From: Candidatus Rifleibacteriota bacterium
GTDB taxonomy: Bacteria > Muiribacteriota > Ozemobacteria > Ozemobacterales > Ozemobacteraceae
Assembly (NCBI GenBank): GCA_051747585.1
Contig: JBNJGH010000035.1
Span: forward strand, 1-30,509
DNA length: 30,509 nt
Direction of reading: 5' to 3'
Below are positions 1 through 8,779 of the stretch, in pieces. Made by a program: the position numbers and the translations under genes. The notes beneath the pieces were generated by a model, which worked only from the letters and a program-made list of their open reading frames with translations, searched no databases and had not been told where the DNA came from. Position 1 is the stretch's first letter, and the number at the start of each line of letters is the position of its first letter.

Positions 1-488
1 GCTTTAAAAGCTTTCAAAGAACAGCCTGTGTCTTTGATATCTTCGTCGCTGATATAATTTCTAACCGCATTGGCAAATCTTGAAGAAAGCCTTCTTATAA
101 AATTATCGTTACGTTTTATTCGCCAGCCAACAGCAGCGTCGTAGCCCTCATTGATTTTTTCCAGTAAAAGAGGAATATCTGCAGGATCATTTTGTAAATC
201 TGCATCAAGGGTAATGATAATCCTGCCGCGGGAAGCTTTTATTCCGGCAGCCATAGCGGCTGTTTGCCCATTGTTCTTAGAAAATTTAAGTGCTCTGAGC
301 TCGGGATACCTGTTTTTAAGTTCCCCCATTTTTTCAAAACTGCCATCAATTGAGCCGTCATCGACAAGAATGAGTTCCCATCGATGCTCGAGGGAACTCA
401 TTGTTTTGCTTATTTTTTCTACAAGGCCGTCAAGGCTCTCGTATTCATTATATACAGGTACAGTAACTGAATATTTTATATCAGACAT
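1..488 (-). CDS. Glycosyltransferase family 2 (DPM1/ArnC-like), truncated by window edge
   Basis: Not in the ORF track. The minus strand from ATG 488 reads MSDIKYSVTVPVYNE...LILVDDGSIDGS...NGQTAAMAAGIKASRGRIIITLDADLQNDPADIP, which are canonical GT2 motifs. It runs off the window start. Confidence 0.9.
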   Translation of the reverse strand, partial: MSDIKYSVTVPVYNEYESLDGLVEKISKTMSSLEHRWELILVDDGSIDGSFEKMGELKNRYPELRALKFSKNNGQTAAMAAGIKASRGRIIITLDADLQNDPADIPLLLEKINEGYDAAVGWRIKRNDNFIRRLSSRFANAVRNYISDEDIKDTGCSLKAFK

Positions 489-548
489 TATCGTGTCGCC
501 TATTTTAGATGCCTGATTTTAACATATTTTCAGCTTAATTGAAATAAC

Positions 549-1835
549 TCAGGCAGTTAGTCGCTCTCTAACTTTATCCATCCCTTTCATTCGATAAGTA
601 CCCTTGTAATGTTCGTATTTATGAGCAGGTAAAATAGCTTGTTGTGCTGTGTCGCCCATCTGAAGAACAATTATATTGCCCTGGCTGTCTTGTCCCTTGT
701 AGATCATCGAGTGGCCGTAGCGATTATGACCATAATCCAGAAGTATCATGTCTCCGGGTCTTATATCGGGTGGGGGAGGTGGCTTAACTCCGGGATTTAT
801 TTCGTTGGTGTAGTCTTTTGACCATAAGCCGCGAGTCGAAGTTCGCCCTTTGTTAATCGGATAATCCATACCGGTTTTTTCGTAGGCTTCTTTTTGAATT
901 CTTTGAACAAAGCCGCTGCAGTCGATGCCGCCAATTTTTTGAAATTCACGATAGGCATCGTCAGAGCGCCATTCCCAGGTACTTATATCAACAAATTTTT
1001 CATAGTATTCATCAGAGTTCAGGCCAACTCTGTTGCCACTGTTTTTCTTTTCTTGATAGGTGTTAATATCATCAAAACCACCAAACTTGAAAACTATGGG
1101 TTCATCGATATAAGGTTTAGCAATTTTATTGAGCTGGCGTGTCATGACCATATCTTCAAAATGCTTTTCAAGAATTTTTAAAATTCTTTCGGCTTCTTGA
1201 GTTTTGCCAAGCTTCGCCAGGCATTTCGCCTGCATAAAGGCAGATTCAAGTTGATTGCCGTTGGCTTTGCGTGCAAGTTTAAGAGCTCTTTCGTAATTAC
1301 CTTTTTTGAAATTACGCTCTGCACGGCTTAATCGCCACCACCACCAGAATTTTGAATAATCAAGAAGGTCGTCTTCTCCGCCCAGATGTTTTTCCCAGCG
1401 GGAAATCTGGGTGTCTACATAAGATTGAGAAGAGTCGTTTGAAGGTGCCGGAGCTGTTTCTTCAGTTTCAGGAGTACTGATTTGAGCTAAAAGCTCTGAA
1501 TAAACCCAGCCAGTAAGGCCGTTATCAAATTTGATTTTGGTCCAGTTACCATGTTGACCGATTTTTGTTCCCTTGCTGCCTCGAGGAAGAGTGTCCAGAA
1601 CTGAATTGTCCATTCCGGGGCCAGAGCGCACATTAACCCAGGACCCGTCAATTTCGAACTCGGCAGCGGCAACAGCTTCATCGGAATCAACAGAAAAAGG
1701 GCTGTCGCCCGGCTCTATATCTGTAACAGTTGTGTCCTCGTCAAATGGGCTGTTCTGCCCATAAACACTAAAAGGAACACTAACGATTAAAACTAAAATT
1801 AACAGGAAATATTTAACTGAATTTTTTCCTGGCAT
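549..1835 (-). CDS. Secreted SH3b + TPR-like + NlpC/P60 cell-wall hydrolase-like protein
   Basis: Signal peptide; SH3b motif VNVRSGPGMDNSVLDTL...WTKIKFDNGLTGWVYSELL; helical TPR-like segment; NlpC/P60 motifs GIDCSGFV, RPGDMILL and GHSMIY. Start moved to ATG 1835, which follows GGAG. Confidence 0.75.
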   Translation of the reverse strand: MPGKNSVKYFLLILVLIVSVPFSVYGQNSPFDEDTTVTDIEPGDSPFSVDSDEAVAAAEFEIDGSWVNVRSGPGMDNSVLDTLPRGSKGTKIGQHGNWTKIKFDNGLTGWVYSELLAQISTPETEETAPAPSNDSSQSYVDTQISRWEKHLGGEDDLLDYSKFWWWWRLSRAERNFKKGNYERALKLARKANGNQLESAFMQAKCLAKLGKTQEAERILKILEKHFEDMVMTRQLNKIAKPYIDEPIVFKFGGFDDINTYQEKKNSGNRVGLNSDEYYEKFVDISTWEWRSDDAYREFQKIGGIDCSGFVQRIQKEAYEKTGMDYPINKGRTSTRGLWSKDYTNEINPGVKPPPPPDIRPGDMILLDYGHNRYGHSMIYKGQDSQGNIIVLQMGDTAQQAILPAHKYEHYKGTYRMKGMDKVRERLTA

Positions 1836-1912
1836 TTTTTTTCTCCCTGATTTGAAAGTTCTCATTTAATACTACTGATATATTAAATTTCCGTCCAGTT
1901 TTTAGAAGTTTT

Positions 1913-2282
1913 CAGCAATTCTCGGTCAGCAACTATCGACTATTTTCAGAAAAAGAAACTGCCTCACACCAAGCCTCAAAGCCACAAAGAAAATAACCAC
2001 AGAGCGCACAGAGAACACAGAGAATCTTTTTCAGCCATTGTTTCCTTCTTCAGCAAGCCTTCAGAAAAACACGAGTGCTTTTCTGAAGGCTTGCTGAAGA
2101 AGGAAAAGCCAGGCGGTGAAACCGCCGGCTATTTGTCCACAGGACAAATCCTGGCTGAAAAAGATTAAAAAATCAACTCTGTGCCCTCGGTGGCCTCAGT
2201 GGTTTAAATTCTATATTTGACAGAAAGAAATAAAAACAAAACTTTTGAAAACCAGCTAATAATTAATTACCTGGAATTACTG
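1913..2282 (+). mobile_element. Nested MITE-like element, copy 1 (370 bp)
   Basis: Ends CAGCAATTCTC / GGAATTACTG; flanking direct repeat AAGTTTT (1906-1912, 2283-2289); inner IRs AATCTTTTTCAGCC (2023-2036) / GGCTGAAAAAGATT (2153-2166); perfect 28-bp hairpin arms 2041-2068 / 2079-2106. Homologous to 11387-11756 and 30052-30399. Confidence 0.85.
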
Positions 2283-3202
2283 AAGTTTTTAGAGGCGGCC
2301 AGAACTTTAAAGCCTTTTTTGGCGTCTCCTTTAAAACCGTAAAGCTTGCCGTCGCTGCATAGTTTCCAGCTTGAAAGCAGGTAAGGGGCAGGTAGAACAG
2401 GTAAAGAAATTGAGCTGAATGTTCTTTTTGCGTTGTTAAAGCACAAAAATTCCATTTTTGAAGCAGCATTGGCTTTAATTATCATCGCGACAGGGTTTTC
2501 ATTTACCATTCCCGCCATTTTAGAAAATACAACTCGTGTATCAGGTTCAAATTCCAGCCCTGTTACCATCTCCGGCTCCTGCATTTTTTCGCTGAGCTCT
2601 GCTTTAATGATTTGCCTGTTCTGACTGATTAAATCAAGCTGCATGCCATAAGCCAGGTTTGAGATTCCACATGCTTCAAGAGAGGTGGCGTGATGTTTTG
2701 TGGCCTGTTCATTTTTAACCACCCAGATTCCGCCAGACTGCTCTTCAATTAGAACAAGATCTTTGTTAAGACAGACAATTCGTAAAGGATTCTGAAAAGG
2801 CACTTTAACGATTTTTTCGACTTTTTCGCTTTTGGTATCAAAAATTATAAAACCATCGGGTTTTCGGCTGATGACATATAGTTTGCCGGCATGCCAGTCT
2901 AAATCGCCCATTTTTTCACAGCTGACCATAGCATAACGCCACTGTTTGTTTTTCCATGATTTGATTTTTCGGTTGACCGAATCTGAGAACCAAACTCTAC
3001 CATCCGGGTCTACATCAAAGCCGCCGATACACATATAGGGCGCTATCGGCAACACACCTCGGGCCGGAAAACTGATTCCCAGTTCATTATTCTCAGAGCC
3101 CCATTTTCCTGAAAATAAAGTCTCGAAATTCTGGGCCGAAACAATGCTGATTGAAATAATAAGAAAAAAAGCTAACAGAATTAAAAGTTTAAAATTTTGC
3201 AT
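2267..3202 (-). CDS. Secreted hypothetical protein, probable beta-propeller (NHL-like)
   Basis: Start ATG 3202 follows AGGAG; signal peptide MQNFKLLILLAFFLIISISIVSA; repeated beta motifs (FDVDPDGRVWFSDSVNRKI, LCSDGKLY). The upstream extension to 3361 overlaps moaA and was discarded. Confidence 0.65.
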   Translation of the reverse strand: MQNFKLLILLAFFLIISISIVSAQNFETLFSGKWGSENNELGISFPARGVLPIAPYMCIGGFDVDPDGRVWFSDSVNRKIKSWKNKQWRYAMVSCEKMGDLDWHAGKLYVISRKPDGFIIFDTKSEKVEKIVKVPFQNPLRIVCLNKDLVLIEEQSGGIWVVKNEQATKHHATSLEACGISNLAYGMQLDLISQNRQIIKAELSEKMQEPEMVTGLEFEPDTRVVFSKMAGMVNENPVAMIIKANAASKMEFLCFNNAKRTFSSISLPVLPAPYLLSSWKLCSDGKLYGFKGDAKKGFKVLAASKNFSNSR

Positions 3203-3231
3203 AATAAGGCTTTCTCCTGAATGTTTACTGA

Positions 3232-3261
3232 TTGACTTGAGGTATTTTCTAAGGATAGTAT
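3232..3261 (+). promoter_or_regulatory. Putative sigma70 promoter for moaA-ROK-PGM-like operon
   Basis: TTGACT-N18-TAGTAT, upstream of the GGAG RBS and ATG 3285. Confidence 0.4.
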
Positions 3262-3284
3262 AAACCATCAGCTTTGGAGTTTGC

Positions 3285-4241
3285 ATGTTTAAATATTTAC
3301 GTTTATCAATTACAGACCGATGCAATTTCAGATGCGTATATTGCATGCCTGAAGAAGGCATTGAAAAGCAGCGCCATGAGAATATTCTCAGTTATGAAGA
3401 GATGGTAGGGGTTGCAAAAGTTGCAGTAAAAACCGGAGTGGAACAAATACGTATAACCGGTGGCGAACCTCTGGTAAGAAAAAACCTTCCCCAACTTGTT
3501 GAAAAGCTTGCTCTGATCGATGGTTTAAAAGATTTGAGTCTGACTACTAATGGTTCATTGCTTGATCAATATGCTCAAAAACTTAAGTCGGCCGGGTTAA
3601 ACAGAGTAAACATAAGTATTGATTCTCTTAATTCAGAAACTTTTAAAAAAATTACCAGAGTCGGAAATCTCGAAAATGTTCTTGCCGGGGTTCGAGCAGC
3701 TTTAGACTGCGGTCTCACGCCTGTTAAAATAAATGTTGTATTAATACCCGGGATTAACAGTCATGAAACAGAAGATTTTGCAGATTTTGCTTACAAAAAT
3801 CCTGTAACTATAAGATTTATCGAGCGCATGCCTTTTAACGGACCTGAAAGTTCGGAACTCAAGCCTGTTGATCGTGAATATGTTCCGCAAAAAGAAGTAT
3901 TTGAGATAATTAACAGGAAATATAAGTTGCGCGAGACTCAAGAAGAAGAAACTTTTGGCCCTGCCAGAACTTATAAATTAGGTGACGGGCAAGGTAAGAT
4001 CGGTTTTATAAGTCCTCACAGCAGGCCTTATTGCCATAATTGTCTCAGGTTGAGACTGACCGCAAATGGCTTTCTGCTTCCATGCCTTGATTCAGATTAT
4101 GGTTTTAATGTCAGGGGTAAAAATCAGGCTGAAATTGAAAAAATTATTGCCGATCTTTTTAAACATAAGACAAAATGGCGAAAAAATCATGCTTGTTTTG
4201 GGACAACATATAATTCGTCATTATCAAAAATAGGTGGTTGA
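3285..4241 (+). CDS. moaA: GTP 3',8-cyclase (molybdenum cofactor biosynthesis, radical SAM)
   Basis: YLRLSITDRCNFRCVYCMP, RITGGEPLVR, LTTNG, C-terminal CxxC...RLRLT...C cluster, ends in the conserved GG. Confidence 0.95.
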   Translation: MFKYLRLSITDRCNFRCVYCMPEEGIEKQRHENILSYEEMVGVAKVAVKTGVEQIRITGGEPLVRKNLPQLVEKLALIDGLKDLSLTTNGSLLDQYAQKLKSAGLNRVNISIDSLNSETFKKITRVGNLENVLAGVRAALDCGLTPVKINVVLIPGINSHETEDFADFAYKNPVTIRFIERMPFNGPESSELKPVDREYVPQKEVFEIINRKYKLRETQEEETFGPARTYKLGDGQGKIGFISPHSRPYCHNCLRLRLTANGFLLPCLDSDYGFNVRGKNQAEIEKIIADLFKHKTKWRKNHACFGTTYNSSLSKIGG

Positions 4242-4254
4242 AAAGGAGCATAAA

Positions 4255-5205
4255 ATGCCGGAAAAAGCTAAAATGAGTGTGGGTATTGATCTCGGAGGAA
4301 CCAAAATTGCCGCTGGAATCTGCAGCAGAGGAAAAATACTGAAAAAAAGTATTTTCCCCACTAATCCATCAAAAGGATTTAACGGAATTATCGAAGTTAT
4401 TAACGAAACATTTGCTCAGGTGATTTCAGGTTACGATAAAAAACTGATCAAGGGTGTTGGCATAGGGTCTGCCGGTCAAATCGATCCCGATAGCGGGAAT
4501 GTTATTTTTTCTCCTAATTTGAACTGGCACAATGAACCGCTGGGCAAAGCTTTAAGCGAGAAAATTAATTTGCCGGTTAAAGTTATTAATGATGTTAGAG
4601 CCGCCACTCTTGCTGAGTTTAAGTATGGTAACGGTAAGGGATGCAAAAACTTTGTCAATATTTTTGTAGGAACTGGTATCGGCTCAGGTTTTGTTCTTAA
4701 TGGAAAACTTTTAAACGGAGTTACAAATACTGCCGGAGAAATAGGCCATATATGTCTCGATCCCGAAGGCCCGCTTTGCGGATGTGGTAACAAAGGTTGT
4801 CTGGAAGCTTTTGCTTCAGGAACAGGTATGCAGAATTATGTCAAAAAAATGTTAAATTCGGGACAAAAAAGTATTTTAACTTCAATGTGTGAGGGCGATT
4901 TAAATAAAATTAAAGGCCCGATGATCGGAGAAGCCGCAGCTCAGGGAGATAGCCTTGCTTTGGAATCTCTAAGCAGGGTGGGGCGGTATCTTGGTCGTGC
5001 ACTGGCAAATATACATACAATGATTAATCCGGAGGTAATTTTGCTTGGTGGTGGAATGATGGCTTTAAGTGAATACTTCATGCCCGAACTTGAAAAAACT
5101 ATTAAAAAACATATTCTTCCCGTCGCCGACCGTGGCAAAAATCTTCTTAATAATGCCAGGTTTGAAAATGATGCTGTAATAATCGGAGGAGCTGCACTGT
5201 TCTGA
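4255..5205 (+). CDS. ROK family sugar kinase (glucokinase-like)
   Basis: GIDLGGTKI, NDVRAA, GTGIGSG, GEIGH, CGCGNKGCLE. Start ATG 4255 follows AAGGAG. Confidence 0.9.
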   Translation: MPEKAKMSVGIDLGGTKIAAGICSRGKILKKSIFPTNPSKGFNGIIEVINETFAQVISGYDKKLIKGVGIGSAGQIDPDSGNVIFSPNLNWHNEPLGKALSEKINLPVKVINDVRAATLAEFKYGNGKGCKNFVNIFVGTGIGSGFVLNGKLLNGVTNTAGEIGHICLDPEGPLCGCGNKGCLEAFASGTGMQNYVKKMLNSGQKSILTSMCEGDLNKIKGPMIGEAAAQGDSLALESLSRVGRYLGRALANIHTMINPEVILLGGGMMALSEYFMPELEKTIKKHILPVADRGKNLLNNARFENDAVIIGGAALF

Positions 5206-6131
5206 TGAGTAGACCATTGTATCCTGCAATTTTTAACGCCGATGAAGCTCATGGGTTAAAATGGGCAAAAAGACCTGAAAATGAAAGTTTTTACAAGCAT
5301 TTACTAAATATCAGCAATGAGTTTCCAAGTCTTTTAATAGCTTTTTCTGCTGATGATGGATTAGCAGAAATTGCTATAGAACTGGGCAAGTCATTTATCG
5401 ATAAAGGAATCAATATTTTTCTTCCTTCTGATCCCACTCCGATTTGTGCTTTTTCTCAGTCTATAGGGGTTAGACAGGTTCCCCTGGGCTTGTATCTAAG
5501 TGTCGATAAAGAGAAGCAGATGCTTTCTTTAGCTGCTCTAACCAACCACGGCGGGCCACTCGATGAGCAGGATGTAATTGATAAAGAGCCCGAAGAAAAT
5601 GAAAGAAATGCTGTTCTTGGTGAAACCGACTATGATCGAATTTATTTAAACAATTTATCGGGCTTTGCTGACCAGTTTATCGAAGATGGTCCGGGGTTTT
5701 CTGAAATCGTCATACCATTTGCAGGGCTCGATCAAAAATTGCGAAAACAAAAAGAGTTGGATATTTTGTTTTCACCCGATAGAAACGGGCCGAGCGCAAT
5801 TTTGAGTAATGATGGGCAGGGATTGAAAATTATAGATAACGGCAAGGAGCTTGCCGACAATGTTGTGTGTGAGAAAATTATCGACTATCTGGTCAAAGAA
5901 AGAAGAGCCTCAGGCACAGTAGTCGGCCCGGCCGGGCTGGTTGAACCCGCTGATATTACCGGTGAAATTGTCGAAGTAGATGGTGATCTTTTTGATATGA
6001 ATTATCATGCAGGCTTTTCAGACCTGCTGATCGGCTGGTGGCATGGTGGAGTTATTGCACACCAGGGAAGCAGCTGCTTTGGTGATGGAATTTTAACTGC
6101 GCTTTATTATCTGGAAGCTTTGCGCAGCTGA
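5205..6131 (+). CDS. Degenerate phosphohexomutase (PGM/PMM)-like protein
   Basis: TGATG coupling to the ROK gene. Remnant PGM-like segments (PTP, GGP, DGILTALYYLE) but no recognisable SHN or DxDxDR motif; only 308 aa. Confidence 0.5.
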   Translation: MSRPLYPAIFNADEAHGLKWAKRPENESFYKHLLNISNEFPSLLIAFSADDGLAEIAIELGKSFIDKGINIFLPSDPTPICAFSQSIGVRQVPLGLYLSVDKEKQMLSLAALTNHGGPLDEQDVIDKEPEENERNAVLGETDYDRIYLNNLSGFADQFIEDGPGFSEIVIPFAGLDQKLRKQKELDILFSPDRNGPSAILSNDGQGLKIIDNGKELADNVVCEKIIDYLVKERRASGTVVGPAGLVEPADITGEIVEVDGDLFDMNYHAGFSDLLIGWWHGGVIAHQGSSCFGDGILTALYYLEALRS

Positions 6132-6134
6132 AAA

Positions 6135-7448
6135 TTATTTCTTTTCAAAAAGACAGACTGCCTCTACATGATGGGTGCGTGGATATAAATCTATACCCTG
6201 AACTTCGCTAAATTCATAGCCGGCATCTACAATTTTCTGCGAATCTCTGCTTAAAGCATTCAAGTCGCAGAAAACATATACTATTCTTTGAGGTTTTATA
6301 GTGCCGACAATTTTCTTAAGTTCATGAGTGCCAGATCTGGGCGGGTCAAGAAGAAGAATGTCGGGTTCGGGTTTGAGAGTCGGAATTATTTTAATTGCAT
6401 CGCCCTTTATCAATTCTATTTGATCATTAAATTCCGAGTTATGAATGTTCTTGTCTGCTGCTCTTACTGCACCGGGGTGAGATTCGATAGCCTGAATATT
6501 TGCTCCTTCTGCAGCCAGGGGCAGGGTAAAATTACCCGCGCCACTGTAACCTTCAATAATGCGCTGTCCTTTAAAAGGCCGGCAAAAAGAAATAACAGTT
6601 TTTATTAAAACCGGATTCTGGTAAATGTTTCCCTGAACAAAAAACGATGGTTCTGCTTCATAGGGGCCACCTGGAGCGCCCGGTGCAATAAGTCCCGTAA
6701 CTGACGGGGTGCCGTATGATTTTTTTACACTTCCGTCTGGGCCTGATACGGTAAGACCTTTTAATTGAGCTGTGCGCATAATTTTTAAAAGCTCTTTATG
6801 AAAATAGCCGGGGCTTTTGCCATGCTGCAGGGTTGCATGGCCGACAACCTTGTCAGAGTGTTTTGACGAAGAAGACATCAGCACAAGGTTTTCGAGACAA
6901 ACGGGAATCTGGTCGAGAATTTTTCTGGTTGCTACCAGCCTTTTATTGAGTTGTTGGGTGATTATTGCACATGCAGTTATTGGAACGATTCCACCGGGAA
7001 TTTTTTCCGGGTAATTTTCTGAGGCAAGATATCCTGATTGCCGGTCGCGATAATTTCTACTTTGATGCAGACGCACTTTTGGCCGGTATCTAATTAACTC
7101 TTTGGCACCGGCAAAGGGTTTAATTATTGGTTTCGTCTCTTGTTTTATTTTTGCAACAGCCCGTTCGATCATGGCTTGTTTCTCTATTTTGCGACCTTTT
7201 TCGGATAATTCAAGCAGATCGCAGCCACCACAGGGACCATGAAAAAAGCAGTCAGGCTTAACCCGGTTAGGTGATGGATCGATTAATTCAACCGATTCAA
7301 CCTTGTTATCTTTATCAAAAAAGATTTCGATTTTGTCGCCGGGTAAAAAACCGGGCAGCCTGATTGTTTTGCCGTCAGCTTTAACGAAGGCCTGCCCCTC
7401 AGGAGTCAAGCCTTCTATAATTGTTATTGTTCCGTTTAACTTTGCCAC
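6135..7448 (-). CDS. rlmD: RNA m5U methyltransferase, RlmD/TrmA family
   Basis: CxxxxxCGGC Fe-S motif, FVQGN, EGYSGAGNF, LDPPRSG, YVFCD, DLYPRTHHVE. GTG start overlaps the pfp stop. Confidence 0.85.
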   Translation of the reverse strand: MAKLNGTITIIEGLTPEGQAFVKADGKTIRLPGFLPGDKIEIFFDKDNKVESVELIDPSPNRVKPDCFFHGPCGGCDLLELSEKGRKIEKQAMIERAVAKIKQETKPIIKPFAGAKELIRYRPKVRLHQSRNYRDRQSGYLASENYPEKIPGGIVPITACAIITQQLNKRLVATRKILDQIPVCLENLVLMSSSSKHSDKVVGHATLQHGKSPGYFHKELLKIMRTAQLKGLTVSGPDGSVKKSYGTPSVTGLIAPGAPGGPYEAEPSFFVQGNIYQNPVLIKTVISFCRPFKGQRIIEGYSGAGNFTLPLAAEGANIQAIESHPGAVRAADKNIHNSEFNDQIELIKGDAIKIIPTLKPEPDILLLDPPRSGTHELKKIVGTIKPQRIVYVFCDLNALSRDSQKIVDAGYEFSEVQGIDLYPRTHHVEAVCLFEKK

Positions 7449-8653
7449 TATTTCTCAACCCTGGGGCATTGAAGCCTTTCATATTCGGGCATTCCGCCAA
7501 GAAGAGGACGGGCATAGTTTAGAAAGTCATTAGTTACACCGTTGCCGGCTGAATTAATGAAGTTGTCGGGCATAGGTTTTGTTTCTCTGGCCACTGTTTC
7601 AAGTGGGGTAAGGAAATAATCAACCGAATAATCGCCGGTGCGTTTGATGGCTACTGACCCGTCGACGTTGTTCCAGAGTGCAAACTGTGCGGCTTTTTCG
7701 CCGACTTCTCTTGCTTCCTGCTGATCAACCTCTGAAACGATACCAAGAAAACTTCTTTGCAGGTAACCAAAGGTGTCAGCGCGAACGCGTTTGATTTTAA
7801 GGTTATCTTTTACCGTCTGGCTTAAAAGATCGCCAAGTGCACCTGTTCCTGAAAGCTGAACATTGCCGTGTGCATCTTTTTCCTGTTCACCTTTAAGCTG
7901 GGTGATGATTGGTTTGCCATCTGCACCAACTATGCCCTCTGAAACAGCTATCACGCAACGGCCATATTTTTTATAAACCTTATCTACATCAGAAAGAAAT
8001 TGATCTTTATCGAAAACCCGTTCAGGAACATAGATCAGGTGCGGCCCATCATCTTCATACTTCTGTGCGAATGCGCCTGCTGCAGTCAAAAAGCCTGCGT
8101 GACGGCCCATAACAATTCCGATATAAACACCGGGAATGGCGCGGTTATCAAGATTTACGCCTGCAAAAGCAGATGCAACAAACTTTGCTGCAGAACCATA
8201 GCCGGGACAATGGTCGGTAACTCTGAGATCGTTATCGATGGTTTTGGGAATATGAATACATCTAAGTTCATAACCTGCTTCTGCTGCATTTTCGTTAACG
8301 ATGCGAACTGCATCGGCAGAATCATTGCCACCGTTGTAAAAGAAATAACGCACGTGATGTTTCATGCAGACTTTAAATATTTTTTCGCAATATTCTTTGT
8401 CTGGTTTATCTCTGGTAGAAAGCAGAGCAGAGCTGGGGGTGCAGGCAACTTTTTCGAGATTATGGGTGGTAGCCTGAGTAAGGTCAATAAAATCTTCTTC
8501 GATAATACCTCTAACACCATGCAGTGCTCCATAAACACGATCAACTTCGGGAAATTTTCTTGATTCAAGTACGGCACCAATCAGACTTTGGTTTATGACT
8601 GCAGTGGGACCGCCGCCCTGAGCAATAAGAACATTTCCATTAAGTTTAGTCAT
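7448..8653 (-). CDS. pfp: 6-phosphofructokinase, probably pyrophosphate-dependent
   Basis: QGGGPTAVIN, GGNDS (Asp typical of PPi-dependent enzymes), PKTIDNDL, MGRHAG, FGYLQR. Confidence 0.9.
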   Translation of the reverse strand: MTKLNGNVLIAQGGGPTAVINQSLIGAVLESRKFPEVDRVYGALHGVRGIIEEDFIDLTQATTHNLEKVACTPSSALLSTRDKPDKEYCEKIFKVCMKHHVRYFFYNGGNDSADAVRIVNENAAEAGYELRCIHIPKTIDNDLRVTDHCPGYGSAAKFVASAFAGVNLDNRAIPGVYIGIVMGRHAGFLTAAGAFAQKYEDDGPHLIYVPERVFDKDQFLSDVDKVYKKYGRCVIAVSEGIVGADGKPIITQLKGEQEKDAHGNVQLSGTGALGDLLSQTVKDNLKIKRVRADTFGYLQRSFLGIVSEVDQQEAREVGEKAAQFALWNNVDGSVAIKRTGDYSVDYFLTPLETVARETKPMPDNFINSAGNGVTNDFLNYARPLLGGMPEYERLQCPRVEK

Positions 8654-8743
8654 GAAAAATTTCTCCCTTTAATTTATTATTTGGCTAATTATGACTGTTT
8701 AACACCTGAAAAATCAAGCATAAAATTAGGCTTTTTTTGCTTA

Positions 8744-8772
8744 TTGACAAAGAATTTAAAGGCTCATATTAT
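8744..8772 (+). promoter_or_regulatory. Putative sigma70 promoter for DinG-like gene (possibly leaderless transcript)
   Basis: TTGACA (8744-8749)-N17-TATTAT (8767-8772), ending 7 nt before ATG 8780. Confidence 0.55.
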
Positions 8773-8779
8773 TGCCTGC

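Noticed and set aside
151..516. 121-aa + strand ORF
   Set aside because: Antisense shadow of the GT2 gene, which has clear motifs on the minus strand.
2023..2166. tRNA or integron attC interpretation of the cloverleaf-like core
   Set aside because: No T-loop, D-loop or anticodon geometry; no RYYYAAC...GTTRRRY ends; no cassette-like gene arrangement.
3203..3284. Moco riboswitch upstream of moaA
   Set aside because: The intergenic space is only about 80 bp, AT-rich and without the required stems.
3203..3361. N-terminal extension of ORF 2267..3361
   Set aside because: Overlaps moaA; the RBS and signal peptide point to ATG 3202.
8588..8779. N-terminal extension of the DinG ORF
   Set aside because: Overlaps the pfp start and the divergent promoter region.
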